Below, one piece after another: positions 39,290 through 52,510 of a stretch of DNA of 63,211 bases. The notes under the pieces were generated by a model, which searched no databases, was not told the origin of the DNA, and saw only the letters and a program-made list of their open reading frames with translations. The stretch's first letter is position 1; each line of letters opens with the position of its first letter. Origin of the DNA: Phoronis australis (taxonomy: Eukaryota > Animalia > Phoronida); assembly GCA_002633005.1 (NCBI GenBank), contig NMRA01000005.1:193613-256823 (forward strand), given 5' to 3'. The position numbers were made by a program, and so were the translations under genes.

Positions 39290-39550
39290 CTTTCAGTTGA
39301 GACAGGAATTGAAACTCAATTGAGGTTCAGTTGAGAGTCAATTGAAATTCAATTGAAGTTTTTCCCGTGTAAATGAATTGATTCAATTCATTAGCATATT
39401 CAATAGCCATTCAATAGGAATTCAATAGCCGTTCAATAGCCATTCAATTCTCCATGCTGTACAGGATCATCCCATATTCAATAACAATTCAATAGCCATT
39501 CAATAGCCGTTCAATGGTCATTCAATAGCCGTTCAATGGCCATTCAATTT
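39290..39550. repeat. 11-bp-unit arrays (ttcaatagcc / caattgaa) beside a tttttcccgtg terminus-like motif
   Basis: Short tandem motifs in both orientations. Confidence 0.55.
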
Positions 39551-42500
39551 TTCTAACTACAGAATAATTTGAATTTCAAGTATTTTCTATAATAAATTAA
39601 CTCTTTCAAAAATATGATGTATTGTTGTACCTGTTCAAGAGATAAGAATAGTTCACAATCTTCATTCAACAACCTGGCATGCATAAATACAATCAAATCA
39701 TAGACAACTGAACATTTCGAAACCTTAAATCGAAACTTGCACAAGTATTACAGTTATCATACAGCATCAGTCAAAGAAAAACAAAAAGCAGAGCCTTAGG
39801 CATTTGAAAAGTAGCAGCCTTTGTAAACATTTTGAAGAATCTAATGCTGACTAATTGTAGATTGTTTTTTCAACATTTGTATGGTGAGCCTCGTACATGA
39901 AATAATCATATGACACTATGAACTTAGTTGAACACATCCATACGTTGAAGGGTAAATGAGTATTTTATATCCAGTTAGCTAAATAAATGTAGGCAATAAG
40001 ATAAAAAATAATAATTTCAGGCATACAAAGCTATAGCAGCAAAATATTTAGTTGTCTGAAAAGCACGGTCCACATGCGATACCAAATCTTTAAATGTCGG
40101 CATTGTACAGCCTTTCATGGTCTGCAGAACTCTGGAGTCCGCACTTTTCAGAGCACTGAGACTTGATGTAATCCATTAATTTGAGGTATCTGTCCACAAC
40201 AGGAACTGATGACCGGCACAGTGTTGGTAGGTCAGTGGACATTAGCTCTCAAGAGTTATAGTCTTTTCACTTCATCATGCATATTTTCAAAGTCTTCTTC
40301 TGTACTAAAAAAGTTGAAAAATATCCAGTTAGAGGGTATCAAATAAAGTATTAAGTAAATTTGAATTTTGTATTGAGCTTGTCGCTCAGGAAATACATAA
40401 ATGCTTTCTTATTTAATTAGCCATACTTTTTAGAAAATTTAATATGCTTTTAACTAAGAGCATTAATAAGGGGGTTATTTGCTACACTAATGGAAACTCA
40501 TAGATGAAGTTTGATTTTTAGTCCTATGAGCAGAACAGTTAATTAAACCATACTGCAGAGACACTACGGGTAGATGACTGGTGGCAATGGCAAACCTCTA
40601 ATATCCGATACATCTCTTGCCTATACCTCAATTATTTAGTTTCAGTTCATGTAACCAAAATAAAAATTTACTTTTCTCTCATTGCTCTGATGTGAGAATT
40701 TTAACACGGAATCATAAAAACGTGTTTCTAAGTCTCAAGTAATTAAAGTAAATAAAATATGTTAGGTCAAAACACGATTAACTGACACATGTCTTGGCAA
40801 CTACATGCACATGCAGGTTTTAGTCTGTAACCCAACTCATTTTGAAATCTGTGCTCTACTACATAACTTCCATAACCTTAATCAATTGAATCAGTTAAAT
40901 TTCCGTTTTGTTTGCAAGACTAAAGCTACTCATTCATATGTGAAACATAAATGTCACTTAACAATCAAATTGACAAAAATACAATGTTCAACTCAAAAAC
41001 TCACCATTTAATGTATGCAGTTCTTCGCTATCCATGCAACGCGAGTTCATGTCGTGAACACATCCACTAAAACAAGAAACTGTAGGAACACCGCATTTAT
41101 CCACCTTCACTCTTATCAGGCTTCTATTGTGAGTCGGCATGCGTGAATAATTGGCTGATAAGCCACCTCTGGAAGTACTTTGGGCTGAATGGATGACCAG
41201 GCCATAAAATGATAATTAGCCAAGACCAGTTACTATAATGCAACAAAGAACAAGTAATGTCTTGCATCACGTAGCCTTGGTGGAAAGCTGTATACTGTAT
41301 TGGCTCAAACAAACGCTTAGAAAAATTCATTTCACGGGGAGGGGACGCTTATTGTAGTGAGCCTACGACAGTTGAAACCCGGTTTCCCAAACGGGTAAAA
41401 TCGGAAGCTAGGATTCATCAAATTTACGCTCTGTGACGTATTTGTAGCCTATGACAGCCTTTCTACAAAATTGTGGTGCATTGCTATCAACTTCCGTTGT
41501 TAAATTACGATAATTTTTCAAAAAATTGTGCTCATCACAGGGCGAAAACTTGCCGACNNNNNNNNNNNNNNNNNNNNNNNNNNNNNNNNNNNNNNNNNNN
41601 NNNNNNNNNNNNNNNNNNNNNNNNNNNNNNNNNNNNNNNNNNNNNNNNNNNNNNNNNNNNNNNNNNNNNNNNNNNNNNNNNNNNNNNNNNNNNNNNNNNN
41701 NNNNNNNNNNNNNNNNNNNNNNNNNNNNNNNNNNNNNNNNNNNNNNNNNNNNNNNNNNNNNNNNNNNNNNNNNNNNNNNNNNNNNNNNNNNNNNNNNNNN
41801 NNNNNNNNNNNNNNNNNNNNNNNNNNNNNNNNNNNNNNNNNNNNNNNNNNNNNNNNNNNNNNNNNNNNNNNNNNNNNNNNNNNNNNNNNNNNNNNNNNNN
41901 NNNNNNNNNNNNNNNNNNNNNNNNNNNNNNNNNNNNNNNNNNNNNNNNNNNNNNNNNNNNNNNNNNNNNNNNNNNNNNNNNNNNNNNNNNNNNNNNNNNN
42001 NNNNNNNNNNNNNNNNNCTACAATTCCTGGCAACAGGCGCATTGTAATCCCTTGTCGGCGAGTCATAACAAGCGTCGAAAGCAGTTGTGGGAAAAGTCAT
42101 GTGAGAAGTTTGTGCTGCCCTTATTTCGGTATGTGTGCCTACGTCTTGTAGGGTTTCCAAAAGACGAGGAGGCGGGAGGGAAGTTAAAAACAGTTCGCTT
42201 CCCTGTCAGGTACATTTCTCATCATAACTTATTCATCTATAATTCCTCAATCCCCAAATGGAATTCCAGATTTTGTTTGCCGATTTCTAAGTAGACGTCT
42301 CGTCCCGTTCACTGCAACTGGTTAACTCTGAATGCCTGCACAAGTATTGTTTTTTAACTCAGGTGCCAAATGTCAACTCATTTGATACATCCCGGTAAAA
42401 TACAGAGATACAGTATCTGCAAAGTTTGACATCAGCGTAAGCCTACACAGCAATGGATTTTATGTCAGGACTAAATTAGCAACATAGATGTGATGTGATG

Positions 42501-42799
42501 TGATAAGCTGTTACAAATTTCAGACATTTTCGGGATTGGGTGAGGAAGTCAAGAAGTAAAGCTTAATAATTGCCAAATGTATCAAAGAAATAGCATAAGA
42601 ATATTTATTGAAACTAAAAAATGAATATTACAGAACACTCAGAATTCCACGTTATAGACATACTCTTGTAGTTGTAGCGACAGCAGACGATAATGTAGGC
42701 CTATAGTTCTTGGGGTGGTCTATATATTCCAATAGCGAGCGATGAATCAGCGCAGCTTTGCGTGATTTTGCACTTCACATCATAAAGAGTTCCATAGCA

Positions 42800-42958
42800 A
42801 CTCGAGTATGAGTGTCAGATTTGAGTACGTTTGGAGTCTACTCGAAATACGACATTAGATACGCTTTTTTTGAGTACGACTCCAGTGAGCACGATTTTGA
42901 GTATGAAATCTCGAGTATGAGTATGAGTCTGAGTACGGAGATTGGAGACCAGGCCCTG
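42800..42958. mobile_element. Right end of a hAT-like MITE with GAGTA subterminal repeats
   Basis: Repeated gagta(c/t) motifs ending in gccctg; left end not found. Confidence 0.4.
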
Positions 42959-43534
42959 ATTCTTCAAGTCCTTGAGTGTAATGCACGTATCCAATCTCTT
43001 CGCTGTCTGCATACTAGTTGTCCAGTTCTCACTCAAAATCGTAATTGTCTCCTGATCTGCTGTGTTCCACCATTGCAATTGAAATGACCTGAAATGTCTT
43101 CCACCCATTACATCATTTGGCGGTAAACTTGGAAGTAACAAATTTTTCTTCAGACATAAAAAATTGTGACTATATGGCATCAAAAGTGCTTAGTTAGATT
43201 TTATGATATTCATTTCATATTAGCTAATTAAAACCTCAAATGCTAAGAAAATGCATGGTGGGAACTCTTTAAACCCAACATTCCATAGGGAAGTGACCCT
43301 TTATTTGTCAAGATAAACAAAAATATCGTTTTAGTCATTTTGTAATAATTAAAATGTAAAACTACTCAGGACATTGTATGCGTAGCTCTGTGCTATGTCA
43401 GAGAAATCAATTTGGGTGTAATAAAAATTATTGAGAAAGTAGTGCTAGCAATTACCTTTCCACTGTATTAGCTTAAGTTTACAAGAATCATATGACCAGC
43501 AACGGACATGTTGAATAAACATTAAAAAGATAAT

Positions 43535-46093
43535 TCTAATCTATTTTGTCAGGGGGTTAGGCCACCAGCTTTCTTACAGTGTAAAACAAGATGAGGATTG
43601 TGAATAATGTCATTTATTATGACGTAAGTAGAAGAACTAAAGAAGACTCTGCAAAATGGGCAAGGAAAAAGCGCCACCGGCGTGTACAATGAATTGCCCT
43701 CAATGACAGAACCAAAACAGACTTAAACGAGCTTGCCACCGAAAAAACAACCTAATTTGTATCAATTTAGATCGAGTAGTTCTACTCCATAACGACACGT
43801 ACGGTTGTGTTACCTGACACCTGATGGCAGACGGAGGTGTTGAAATTATCCAATGACGTCATCGGTTTCACACGCTGTCTGTTCAGCAGTTCACAACACG
43901 GGTTACTGGTGTCAGCTTATCGCTTGAAGTCATCGTTTAACACCAATAAATCGATGTAAAACCCTTAAAAATACACCGAGTTCTCATAAAAACGTGTTGT
44001 TTTATTTGGCTATTATGGATTTATTGGAATTTGGTCACACCGTAGCCTACAGAGTTCGGCAGGCCGATAAGGTCCGTAGCAGGAGTTTGGGGTCTGTTCG
44101 GAGATAATTTCGAAGTATTTTCCGTGAGATACAGACAGGAGAACCTAGATCTGTGTTGTTTAGACTTGTGATTTTTTTAGTTCTAAACACAAAACGCTTG
44201 TTATCCTGGCCAGTGGCTCGAAGCCCGACTCAGGCCCGTCACAGCCGGCCGGATTGACTCTGCCGTTATCCCAGTCAAAGTTCAGTGGAAACTAAACTTC
44301 CAGTCAAGAAAATACTATACTAGTGAGTCAAAGTAATGTGCACCTGATTATGTTGGTAAACTAGCCACAAAACTGCAAATCTACTTACTTGTCGGGGGCA
44401 GCGAATTCAGGTTCCGCTTTGGCCACAGCATCGTCGGGCCAGAAGTTGTACATTGACAATCATTATTTGAGTAATTAAGATTCCCTAACACCTCACCGTG
44501 GGAAGGAAATCGAGTTGTTTCACAACATTTTCTGCCAGCAAACACTAAATTAGCGTGAGCTAGCTCACACGGCCTCGGTGTCCCGTCAATTAGTTTTATT
44601 GCACCTAAAGCCGGTAACACAGTGATTTATTCAATGCTGGCTTCTCAAATCATTTGCACTCACGAACACTCCAAAGGCATTACAAATTGTATCTAATGAG
44701 ACAGACTTTGTTTCAGTTTTATATAAGTATTGGTTAGGGTGAGAATAATTCATTTTGAAACAGAACGCTCAGTAATAAACACCAACATGGCAACTCGTAA
44801 TCCCGACTTAGGACGAGCTAGAGCTCACCAGTCCCGACTTCGCAGGTGGATCGTTAAGTTTTACAGGCTATCAATTCGAACAGGAATACAGTGATGAAGA
44901 ACTACTAGAGAGGCGCCGTGAACAAACTCAGATAACGGAACGTATGGAATTATTTGGTAAGCCAGCATTCGTCTGGCACTGTCGACGTCTGCAGGCCACA
45001 GGCACGGAGATGTTTCACGACCTCATACTTGCTATTTACAGCGTGCATTTTATTCTTTACTACCATGAGTTACTTAAGCATTTCGGACTCTCGAGGAAGT
45101 AAAAAAAACGATTTACCCGCTTTCCTTGCAGCTGCTTAGTTCTAACAAGCGGGAATGATGCACCTCAACTTAGCGGCATTCACACTGCATATGAACCACT
45201 GACGTTGCTAGCGTCATTTCTCACCTTCCTCACAGGTTAACGCGACACCTCTTGGCAAGATTAGGTCTACCGTATGCGAGGCGAAGTGGATATAGACCGA
45301 TTAAGACGGAAAAAAAAACTAATTAAATCGGGTGGCATTCTCCTTTAAGAAATGCGTGAAGGGCCGAAGAAAAATGTACAAACAGGTACTGCATAATAAG
45401 GTAAAATTATAGGCATTCAGTTATGGAGGGTGGGAAAAAAATGCAGAGCAAATACCTAGGTCTTGTAGACACCGAGGTAGGTGGCTGTCTAAACTAGACC
45501 ATACGCTGAACAAACGAAGTAAGAGTTGCCAATTTTGGCCGTGTAGAATGTATGAATTCAACAGTAGGACACCAGAGACTGTCAATAGAGATGAGTAACG
45601 CAAAATAAACCCTGAGGGTTGATATAAAAGTAAAAGTGACAAATGTCAAAATAATGACAATTAATGCATTTAACAAGTTATACATGCTATGAACAGTCCG
45701 ACTAAATAAGATTGGTCCTAACCCCGGTCGTCAAGGTAAACGGTGGGGTATGGAAAATTGAACAAGACCGTATTTATCCACCTTGGCTGAGTCGCGCTCG
45801 GCTCACGATCAAAGGGATGCCGCCAAGCTGCTCTATTCATTGAGTCACGAGCGAGGATAATTGGCTTCGCTCATGCGGATATGATCAGCTGATTACAATC
45901 TACATAACAGACTGGTCTTTTTATGGAGAGAGTTACAAATAGTTTTTACTGAAATATTTGAAAAGAGGAGCGAAAACAAATATGAGTACAACTTTGAATT
46001 TTTCAAATCGGCCCAGGATAAGAGATTTTGCAACACAGCAACACTCATGATTACTTTCAATCGGCGCGCACGAATACAAAAATGTAGGACCCT
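43535..46093 (-). mobile_element. 5'-truncated LINE-like 3' end, split by a Kolobok-type insertion
   Basis: 43535-43722 and 45349-45680 match 29449-30016; 45680-46093 matches 31316-31727. Confidence 0.6.
43727..45344. mobile_element. Kolobok-like non-autonomous element
   Basis: TTAA-acgagcttgccacc ... ggtggcattctcct-TTAA; removal rejoins the host repeat; right part repeated at 52511-53004. Confidence 0.75.
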
Positions 46094-46127
46094 TGATCCA
46101 TTCTTGTTGTTTTATTTACCAACTTAT

Positions 46128-46320
46128 GAGCTATGTTGAAAGGTAAAATGTCAAAGCAAAGGGGAATTTAAAGGCGACCAGTGTAAGCAAGAGATTTGAT
46201 CTCTACGTGACTTGGCAAAAATGTTCTCAAAATAACACTTAATGGCAGAGATTCAGATATCAATGGGTTTGCGATGTGAAAAGTGAGACTGGTGTGCAAT
46301 TAACCGTCTTAAACAATGTA
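46128..46320 (+). repeat. ~190-bp duplicate of the tRNA upstream flank (47252-47441)
   Basis: gagctatgttgaaaggtaaaatgtc...cagagattcagatatcaatgggtttgcgatg...caatgta in both. Confidence 0.9.
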
Positions 46321-46326
46321 ACCATT

Positions 46327-47222
46327 TGTCAGACGATTGTCTGTAGGTTTGTTTAAAAGGTAGCTATGCTTTGAAGTTGTGCGTAGATGGAGAGTGAATA
46401 ATCAAATCCAGTAATTAATTTATTATATGATAACCCCTAATTAGACAAATGAAACCTATTGTTAATTAAGTAATCAACTACAAAGAGAAACTACGCTAGC
46501 GCCCTCTTTAAAGATTACTTTAATCAAACAACCAAACGATCAAATGTCTTATCTGCTATCCAAGCTAGGACTCTCCACTTGTTGGATGTCTGTCCTGTTG
46601 GTGAATCTTCGAACTACACACACTGTATAGCGACAGTGTACTTGCTGGTCACCGTCTCTGGTGATGCAACACTTGCAGGCAATTTCTTCTACCCGCGACT
46701 CTTCTTGCTGGTCACAGTCTCTGGCTGATGACGCAACACTTCAGGTAGTATCTTACTACCCACAATGCAAGTGACAAGCTCTTAGTTAACTTCCGGTTCG
46801 TTAACCCTTGCCCTTGCCAAGATCCTTTCTAGAATCTTCCACGAGATGGCTCTGTCGTACAACTGCTTCTGTACACTGTAGCAAGTCTTTATGCTTCAAC
46901 TACTTTAGCGCATCTGATTATCTTGCTGATTTCAGCCCATAATATAACATTCTACTTATTTAGTGATTGGCTAATAAAAACCACATGATCATATCCACTC
47001 GTATTATTGGCTGTTACAATTTGTTCTCAGAATATTCTAGAATCTCTTGAGTACTTTGACCCCAGAACCCAAAGTTGTAAACACCATCTAAAAATAGATT
47101 TTGACGTTAAAATACATGTCAACAAGTCTGACCCCATGATTTGAAAGTACATATGCACAAATTTTGGGCAACTTAAAATGGATGTATTCTTACTAATTAC
47201 TGAATCAATATTTATTCTGACA
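46327..47222 (-). mobile_element. Solo LTR (Gypsy/BEL-type), 896 bp
   Basis: TGTCAGA...TCTGACA ends; 5-bp TSD CCATT (46322-46326, 47223-47227); minus-strand CCAAT motifs and AATAAA in promoter-to-polyA order. Confidence 0.85.
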
Positions 47223-47453
47223 CCATTTCATACAGTTCCGGATGTACGTCACGAGCTATGTTGAAAGGTAAAATGTCGAAGCAAAGGGAAATTTAAAGGC
47301 GACCAGTGTAAGCGAGAGATTCTCTACGTGACTTGGCAAAAATATTCTCAAAATAACACTTAATGGCAGAGATTCAGATATCAATGGGTTTGCGATGTTA
47401 AAAGTGTGACCCGTGTGCAAATAATTGTCTTAATCAATGTATCGATTATAACA

Positions 47454-47535
47454 GTTGCGATGGCCGAGTGGTTAAGGCGTTGAACTTCTAATTCAATGGG
47501 ATCTTCCCGCGTAGGTTCGAACCCTGCTCGCAACG
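47454..47535 (+). tRNA. 82-nt tRNA with Ser-type body and TCT (Arg) anticodon
   Basis: Acceptor GTTGCGA/TCGCAAC, D arm GCC-GAGTGGTTAA-GGC, anticodon arm TTGAA-CT-TCT-AA-TTCAA, variable arm GGGA-TCT-TCCC, T arm GTAGG-TTCGAAC-CCTGC, G73, T6 terminator 47540-47545. Confidence 0.93.
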
Positions 47536-47906
47536 ATAGTTTTTTAAAGCTCATGTTTTTTTTCCGACTCGGGTTCAAATTCTGCTTGCAGCGCCAATTT
47601 GTTTGCAATGCTTTCATCTTCTCAATGCCAAATAGCAATAAATGTTTGCCAAGAAGTATAGTTGCTTGATTTTTGTATAGTTACTTACGATACTTGCCAA
47701 TGATATCGAATTAAATCGTTTACTTTTTTCTATTGATTAAACAATGGCAATAGATTTTGTTTGCGTTATACTTAGATTACTTTCATTTTATTGGAATTAG
47801 TTTTTAATCATGAAATGAGTACACAGGTGTTGGGTTGAATTGAAGTATCGGACGTCATTGCATTGATTTTTTATCAGTACCACTCGTGAATCTCTTGGGT
47901 TTTTAA

Positions 47907-49848
47907 GGTAGGTGGGTACACAAAAAAATTAATTTTGACTGTTTTTTACATTTTTATGTCATCCTAATCTTTAATTCTTGATGCACAGTGTACTGAAGAA
48001 AAATAAAATCATTCTGAAAATCCAGAGTTGTTTTTTTAGCTATATTTGACCAAGCCTCAGTAAGTCATATGGCTTGAGTGCTCACCAGCTCAGTGATTGA
48101 CAACTGGGGCGGAGCATATATACAAGGACATTGGCTCCAATCTAACCCTGTCCACAAGCATTGCGTAACCGGGCAATCGAGAGTGATGTACCAGCTGATA
48201 TAGGTGTTGTAGCAAGACCAAAAATAAAACAATTCTATTTTTGACCGTGTGAAAGTTGGTAGTGAAATGGTGAACTAGCTCCTGTTCCAAGCCTGAGCCT
48301 GTTTGTCTATCTGCAAAAAAATTAAGTTGAGTACGCCAAGCCCTACCGAAGCCATCACGTGATGCACTCAGCTTGAGGAGTCCGTGCAGAAATTGTGCAT
48401 GTATAAGAGAAGTCGGTAATATAAGGTCAGGTGTCTTGCGAGAGGACGCTGAGTGTCGACGTGGGTGGTGTTGCACGATTCGGTGAAGACAAGCCGCGCG
48501 CGCGACACATGGACAACTACATGCCGTCAGAGTAGAATCTTCGCAGATAAACCGTGCTTCTGTGCTGGGACCACGCCGTGGACAAACTAGGCTGTCAAAC
48601 CCAGAGGATTTTTAACTTGCCATGCACTGGCCGTAACCCAAAGAATTAGAGAAATGACCCAGTGTTCAACATAACAAAAATTTTTCTAGTGCATAGATTC
48701 AAACATAACAATGAATTAAAACTCATGATATTATACGATTTTAGAGGAAAGCAATACAAGAAACTTTAGTAACTTGAGAATCTCACCCAAGCGGCGCTAT
48801 TTGCGCAGAAAGTGATATTTTCTTATCCCAAAGTCCATTCGGTACAGGCACGTAAAAATGTTGAGCCATTACTATGAAAGTAGTTCTTTATCCTCGTCGC
48901 CAACATTGTTATGTAGGCAGTAATGCGGCGATTTGATATAACACATATATTGGTTGATGATAATATTGGAATACTAACAAATAGGTCTGTGTAATATAGT
49001 TAGAGAGTCTTTTACAAACTGAGTTTAGAGTTCAGATGAATCGTATAAACAATCAACACATGGTTTTAATGTGTGGTTGGCACACCAGTACAGCAGACAA
49101 TAGATCAACGCTAAGCTCCGCCCACGTGACAGCCATATGTGTTTTGGTCGTCTGTCGTGCTTCTCAAGTTCGAAAAAATGATTGAAATTACGCTGTAAAC
49201 AAACAGGTATGTCACATTTTCTAAATATGAAGTAAATATCAGCTTTTTTCTAGTACCTCAACAAAAATTGGAACATAATGACCACGCATTCTTAACGAAA
49301 TTTGATCTCAAGTGGCAATCGATGACCGCATAGCTTCAAAGCCGTTTTTCTCGGCTCGTGATTTCAGGATAGTGACAAGATTCTCGGGCCTATTTTTCCA
49401 CAACACGTGGGTCAATTTTTACGAAAGTTGCAAATTTGAAATCCTCTAGGACTGAAGTAAAATCGCGTGCCAGGGTTTTTTGATAAATGGACCAGATTTT
49501 TAGTTATTAGATGGAAAGTGACCAAATGACAAAAAGTGGCGTGCTTGCCCCAACTCACACAAAAAATGCCACAAAATCATAATGATTTTGTACATATATT
49601 TGGTATGGATAAGTAGAATATTGCGTAAGGAAACAGTTGATGATGATCCCTATGCATTTTGAAAAAACAATCGAGGTAAAATTGGATTTTTTGAAAATTA
49701 AAAAATACGATTTTTTAAGAAAACGAACTACAAAAAAAACTTTTTTTTCGATTTTTGTCACTTTCAGAGTCATATCTAACTAGTTAAAACTCCCTTTTTA
49801 CTCATTTTAGTTAGGAACCTGGAGATTTGATCAGTGTATACACCTACC
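47907..49848. mobile_element. Kolobok-like non-autonomous element, 1.94 kb
   Basis: TTAA-ggtaggtgggtacac ... gtgtatacacctacc-TTAA. Confidence 0.85.
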
Positions 49849-50149
49849 TTAATGGGCAATTCTGGTCAACCTTAGGAGGACACTCTTGCTTTGGGACCTC
49901 TGCGTTGTTTCCCTTTGACAAATCCACTGACTGAAAAAAGGCATACAAAGTTAGAGTTCATAACACGTACCCGACTTGCAGGGTGTAATGCGTGTTGAAA
50001 ATCCCATTCACTTTTCCTCAAAGGCAAGTATGAAACACAAAGTATACAGAAGGAAAAATATAAGTTAAATCAAATAACTGAAATTTTGTATTTTTTAATG
50101 TTAATGGTTTCATCACTTTTGAATGTAATTATTGAAGCCTATAAAAATC

Positions 50150-50216
50150 TAGGCAATGACCATCGCCTCTGCTGGCCCAACCAGGTTGGGCCAGCAGAGG
50201 CGTTGGTCATTGCCAA
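50150..50216. mobile_element. Micro-MITE palindrome, copy 1
   Basis: ggcaatgaccatcgcctctgctggcccaacc-a-ggttgggccagcagaggcgttggtcattgcc, flanked by ataaaaatc(ta) direct repeats. Confidence 0.75.
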
Positions 50217-52510
50217 ATAAAAATCTATTCGGTGTAATCACACAAACACCCCACCCTCACAAAAATTTCCGCAACAATTCAGCTTAAAATCGAACTCTCA
50301 AAAAATGAGTCATTACGGGGTATATAAGGTTAATTACATCGCCGTGAATGCCGAGGAAGATACGTAAAATCACGCCTGTAAATGAACACAGTCCATGGGA
50401 CACGAATCGTAAAAAGAACCCTAATATCTGCCATGCTATTTTGCAAGTGTCACACGCGAGGTCACGCGCTCTCTCAGTCTCGCGCTTGTCCTTGCCTAAC
50501 TCAATGGAAATAGTTTGTGGTTGTCGTGCGCGATGAAAAAGTTAACGGCTACTAAAAAGTGGAATTCGAATTCTTCGCCATAATCATCTTACTTCAACAA
50601 ACATGCTTCATGAAAGATATGTACAGAACCAGAAATGATCGATGTAGAAACTAAGCGCTTTTTAAGTGAAATTTAGCCAGCGGAGGGGCTACGTGTTGCC
50701 TAGGGCCACGGTAGGCCTAAAGTAAAGGTACTTACATGGGAGCAGGTTTGCTAGAAACAATTGATACGGGGAAGGCCTGAAGGCTCTAATAAATTCACAT
50801 AACAAAAATAGTAGACCTAACGCGCAAGAAGTAATACGTTAAAATGTGCACCATTCTCTAATCATCTGTTACTGTACCTTAGTACTTACTTCTATTCCCT
50901 AAGCGCTTGAGCTTGGGTAGTTGACCGTGTTGAATTTCACTCGAGAGTCGAGTCCACGTCTCTTTCAAGTTTCCGTGTCCAGGCCAGTCGGGAAACTTAA
51001 CGAAACAGATTAGTGCTTACACGCTCATCCATGCACGTCTGCCCTGTTGCCACTCTTATCCACAGCTTGGCACTTCTCGCATACTTTGAAAAAAATCCGC
51101 GATCGCAAACTACGTAGGCCTACTCAAACATCTGAACCACGTGGGATTGTTTACTTCGGAAAATGACGACTGTATACCTACGTTTAAAAACAAGTTCCCA
51201 ATTGCTATTCGTTTTAACAAAATATTTCTCCTTATTGTATAATATGTTATATACTGAAACTTGCTTTTATTAAAACAAATTTATTGTGGTACATTTTGGC
51301 CTTTTGGTAGGAAATTATAAGTTGCCTCATGGCGGCGAATCACAATATACCCTTTGTAAATTCTTGCGCTCTGCTAGTACACAAGGTGGTAAATTTTTAT
51401 ATTAATAAAAACTTTATTTTCTGGCCTAGAAAGAAAATTCAAAGTTCTAAAATGCTTATAGTTTTTCGCGAGGAATTCGATTAGGCAGGTAAATTTTTAA
51501 AATAAACTTTACTTTTTTTGCCAATAGTCGACAGGCACGTAGTTTTATGACATAATGAGGTGTCATTAAAGGATTACGTACGTGACCAAGCAGCCCAGGC
51601 AGCTGGACTGAATTCAATGGGCTATTGTGTTCGCATTAGCAAACTCCAACCGTCGGACGAAGGCCGTCCGACGGTCAGTTTTCAGCTGGGAACGGTCCAT
51701 CATGAAATAGGCTTGGGTGGTAGACATTTTTGGATATAAAATTTACCTGAACTAAACATTTAATAAAGTCGAAAAAATCATAAAAAGAGGAAACTGGAAA
51801 TCCAATCAGAGAAAATCGACACCAAAAAAAGAATTCCTCTTGAAAGACGGAAATCCCAAGCCCTGATCAAGTCTGTATTCTCCAGGCTTCAACGTGTACA
51901 TAAATGCAACTGTCAAGTGGTATTCCTTCTTGAAATTGTCATGGCGAGCTCTCTGAAATGTAAACAGTCACAGTTTTGGTGGTGTGATTTTAAAACTTCT
52001 GGTGCTGATGACCTTGTGCACGTGCAGTAGTGTACCAAAACTTACACTCATGTAGTCAGAAGGTCACATCACTGTTTGGAAGGGCANNNNNNNNNNNNNN
52101 NNNNNNNNNNNNNNNNNNNNNNNNNNNNNNNNNNNNNNNNNNNNNNNNNNNNNNNNNNNNNNNNNNNNNNNNNNNNNNNNNNNNNNNNNNNNNNNNNNNN
52201 NNNNNNNNNNNNNNNNNNNNNNNNNNNNNNNNNNNNNNNNNNNNNNNNNNNNNNNNNNNNNNNNNNNNNNNNNNNNNNNNNNNNNNNNNNNNNNNNNNNN
52301 NNNNNNNNNNNNNNNNNNNNNNNNNNNNNNNNNNNNNNNNNNNNNNNNNNNNNNNNNNNNNNNNNNNNNNNNNNNNNNNNNNNNNNNNNNNNNNNNNNNN
52401 NNNNNNNNNNNNNNNNNNNNNNNNNNNNNNNNNNNNNNNNNNNNNNNNNNNNNNNNNNNNNNNNNNNNNNNNNNNNNNNNNNNNNNNNNNNNNNNNNNNN
52501 NNNNNNNNNN

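Noticed and set aside
40100-40310. Possible minus-strand exon after a pyrimidine tract
   Set aside because: Stops near the acceptor; no recognisable protein
47454-47535. Ordinary tRNA-Arg(TCT), intron-containing tRNA, or NUMT
   Set aside because: Extra bases form a variable arm 3' of an intact anticodon stem rather than a 37/38 intron; complete D arm, Pol III boxes and no flanking mitochondrial genes
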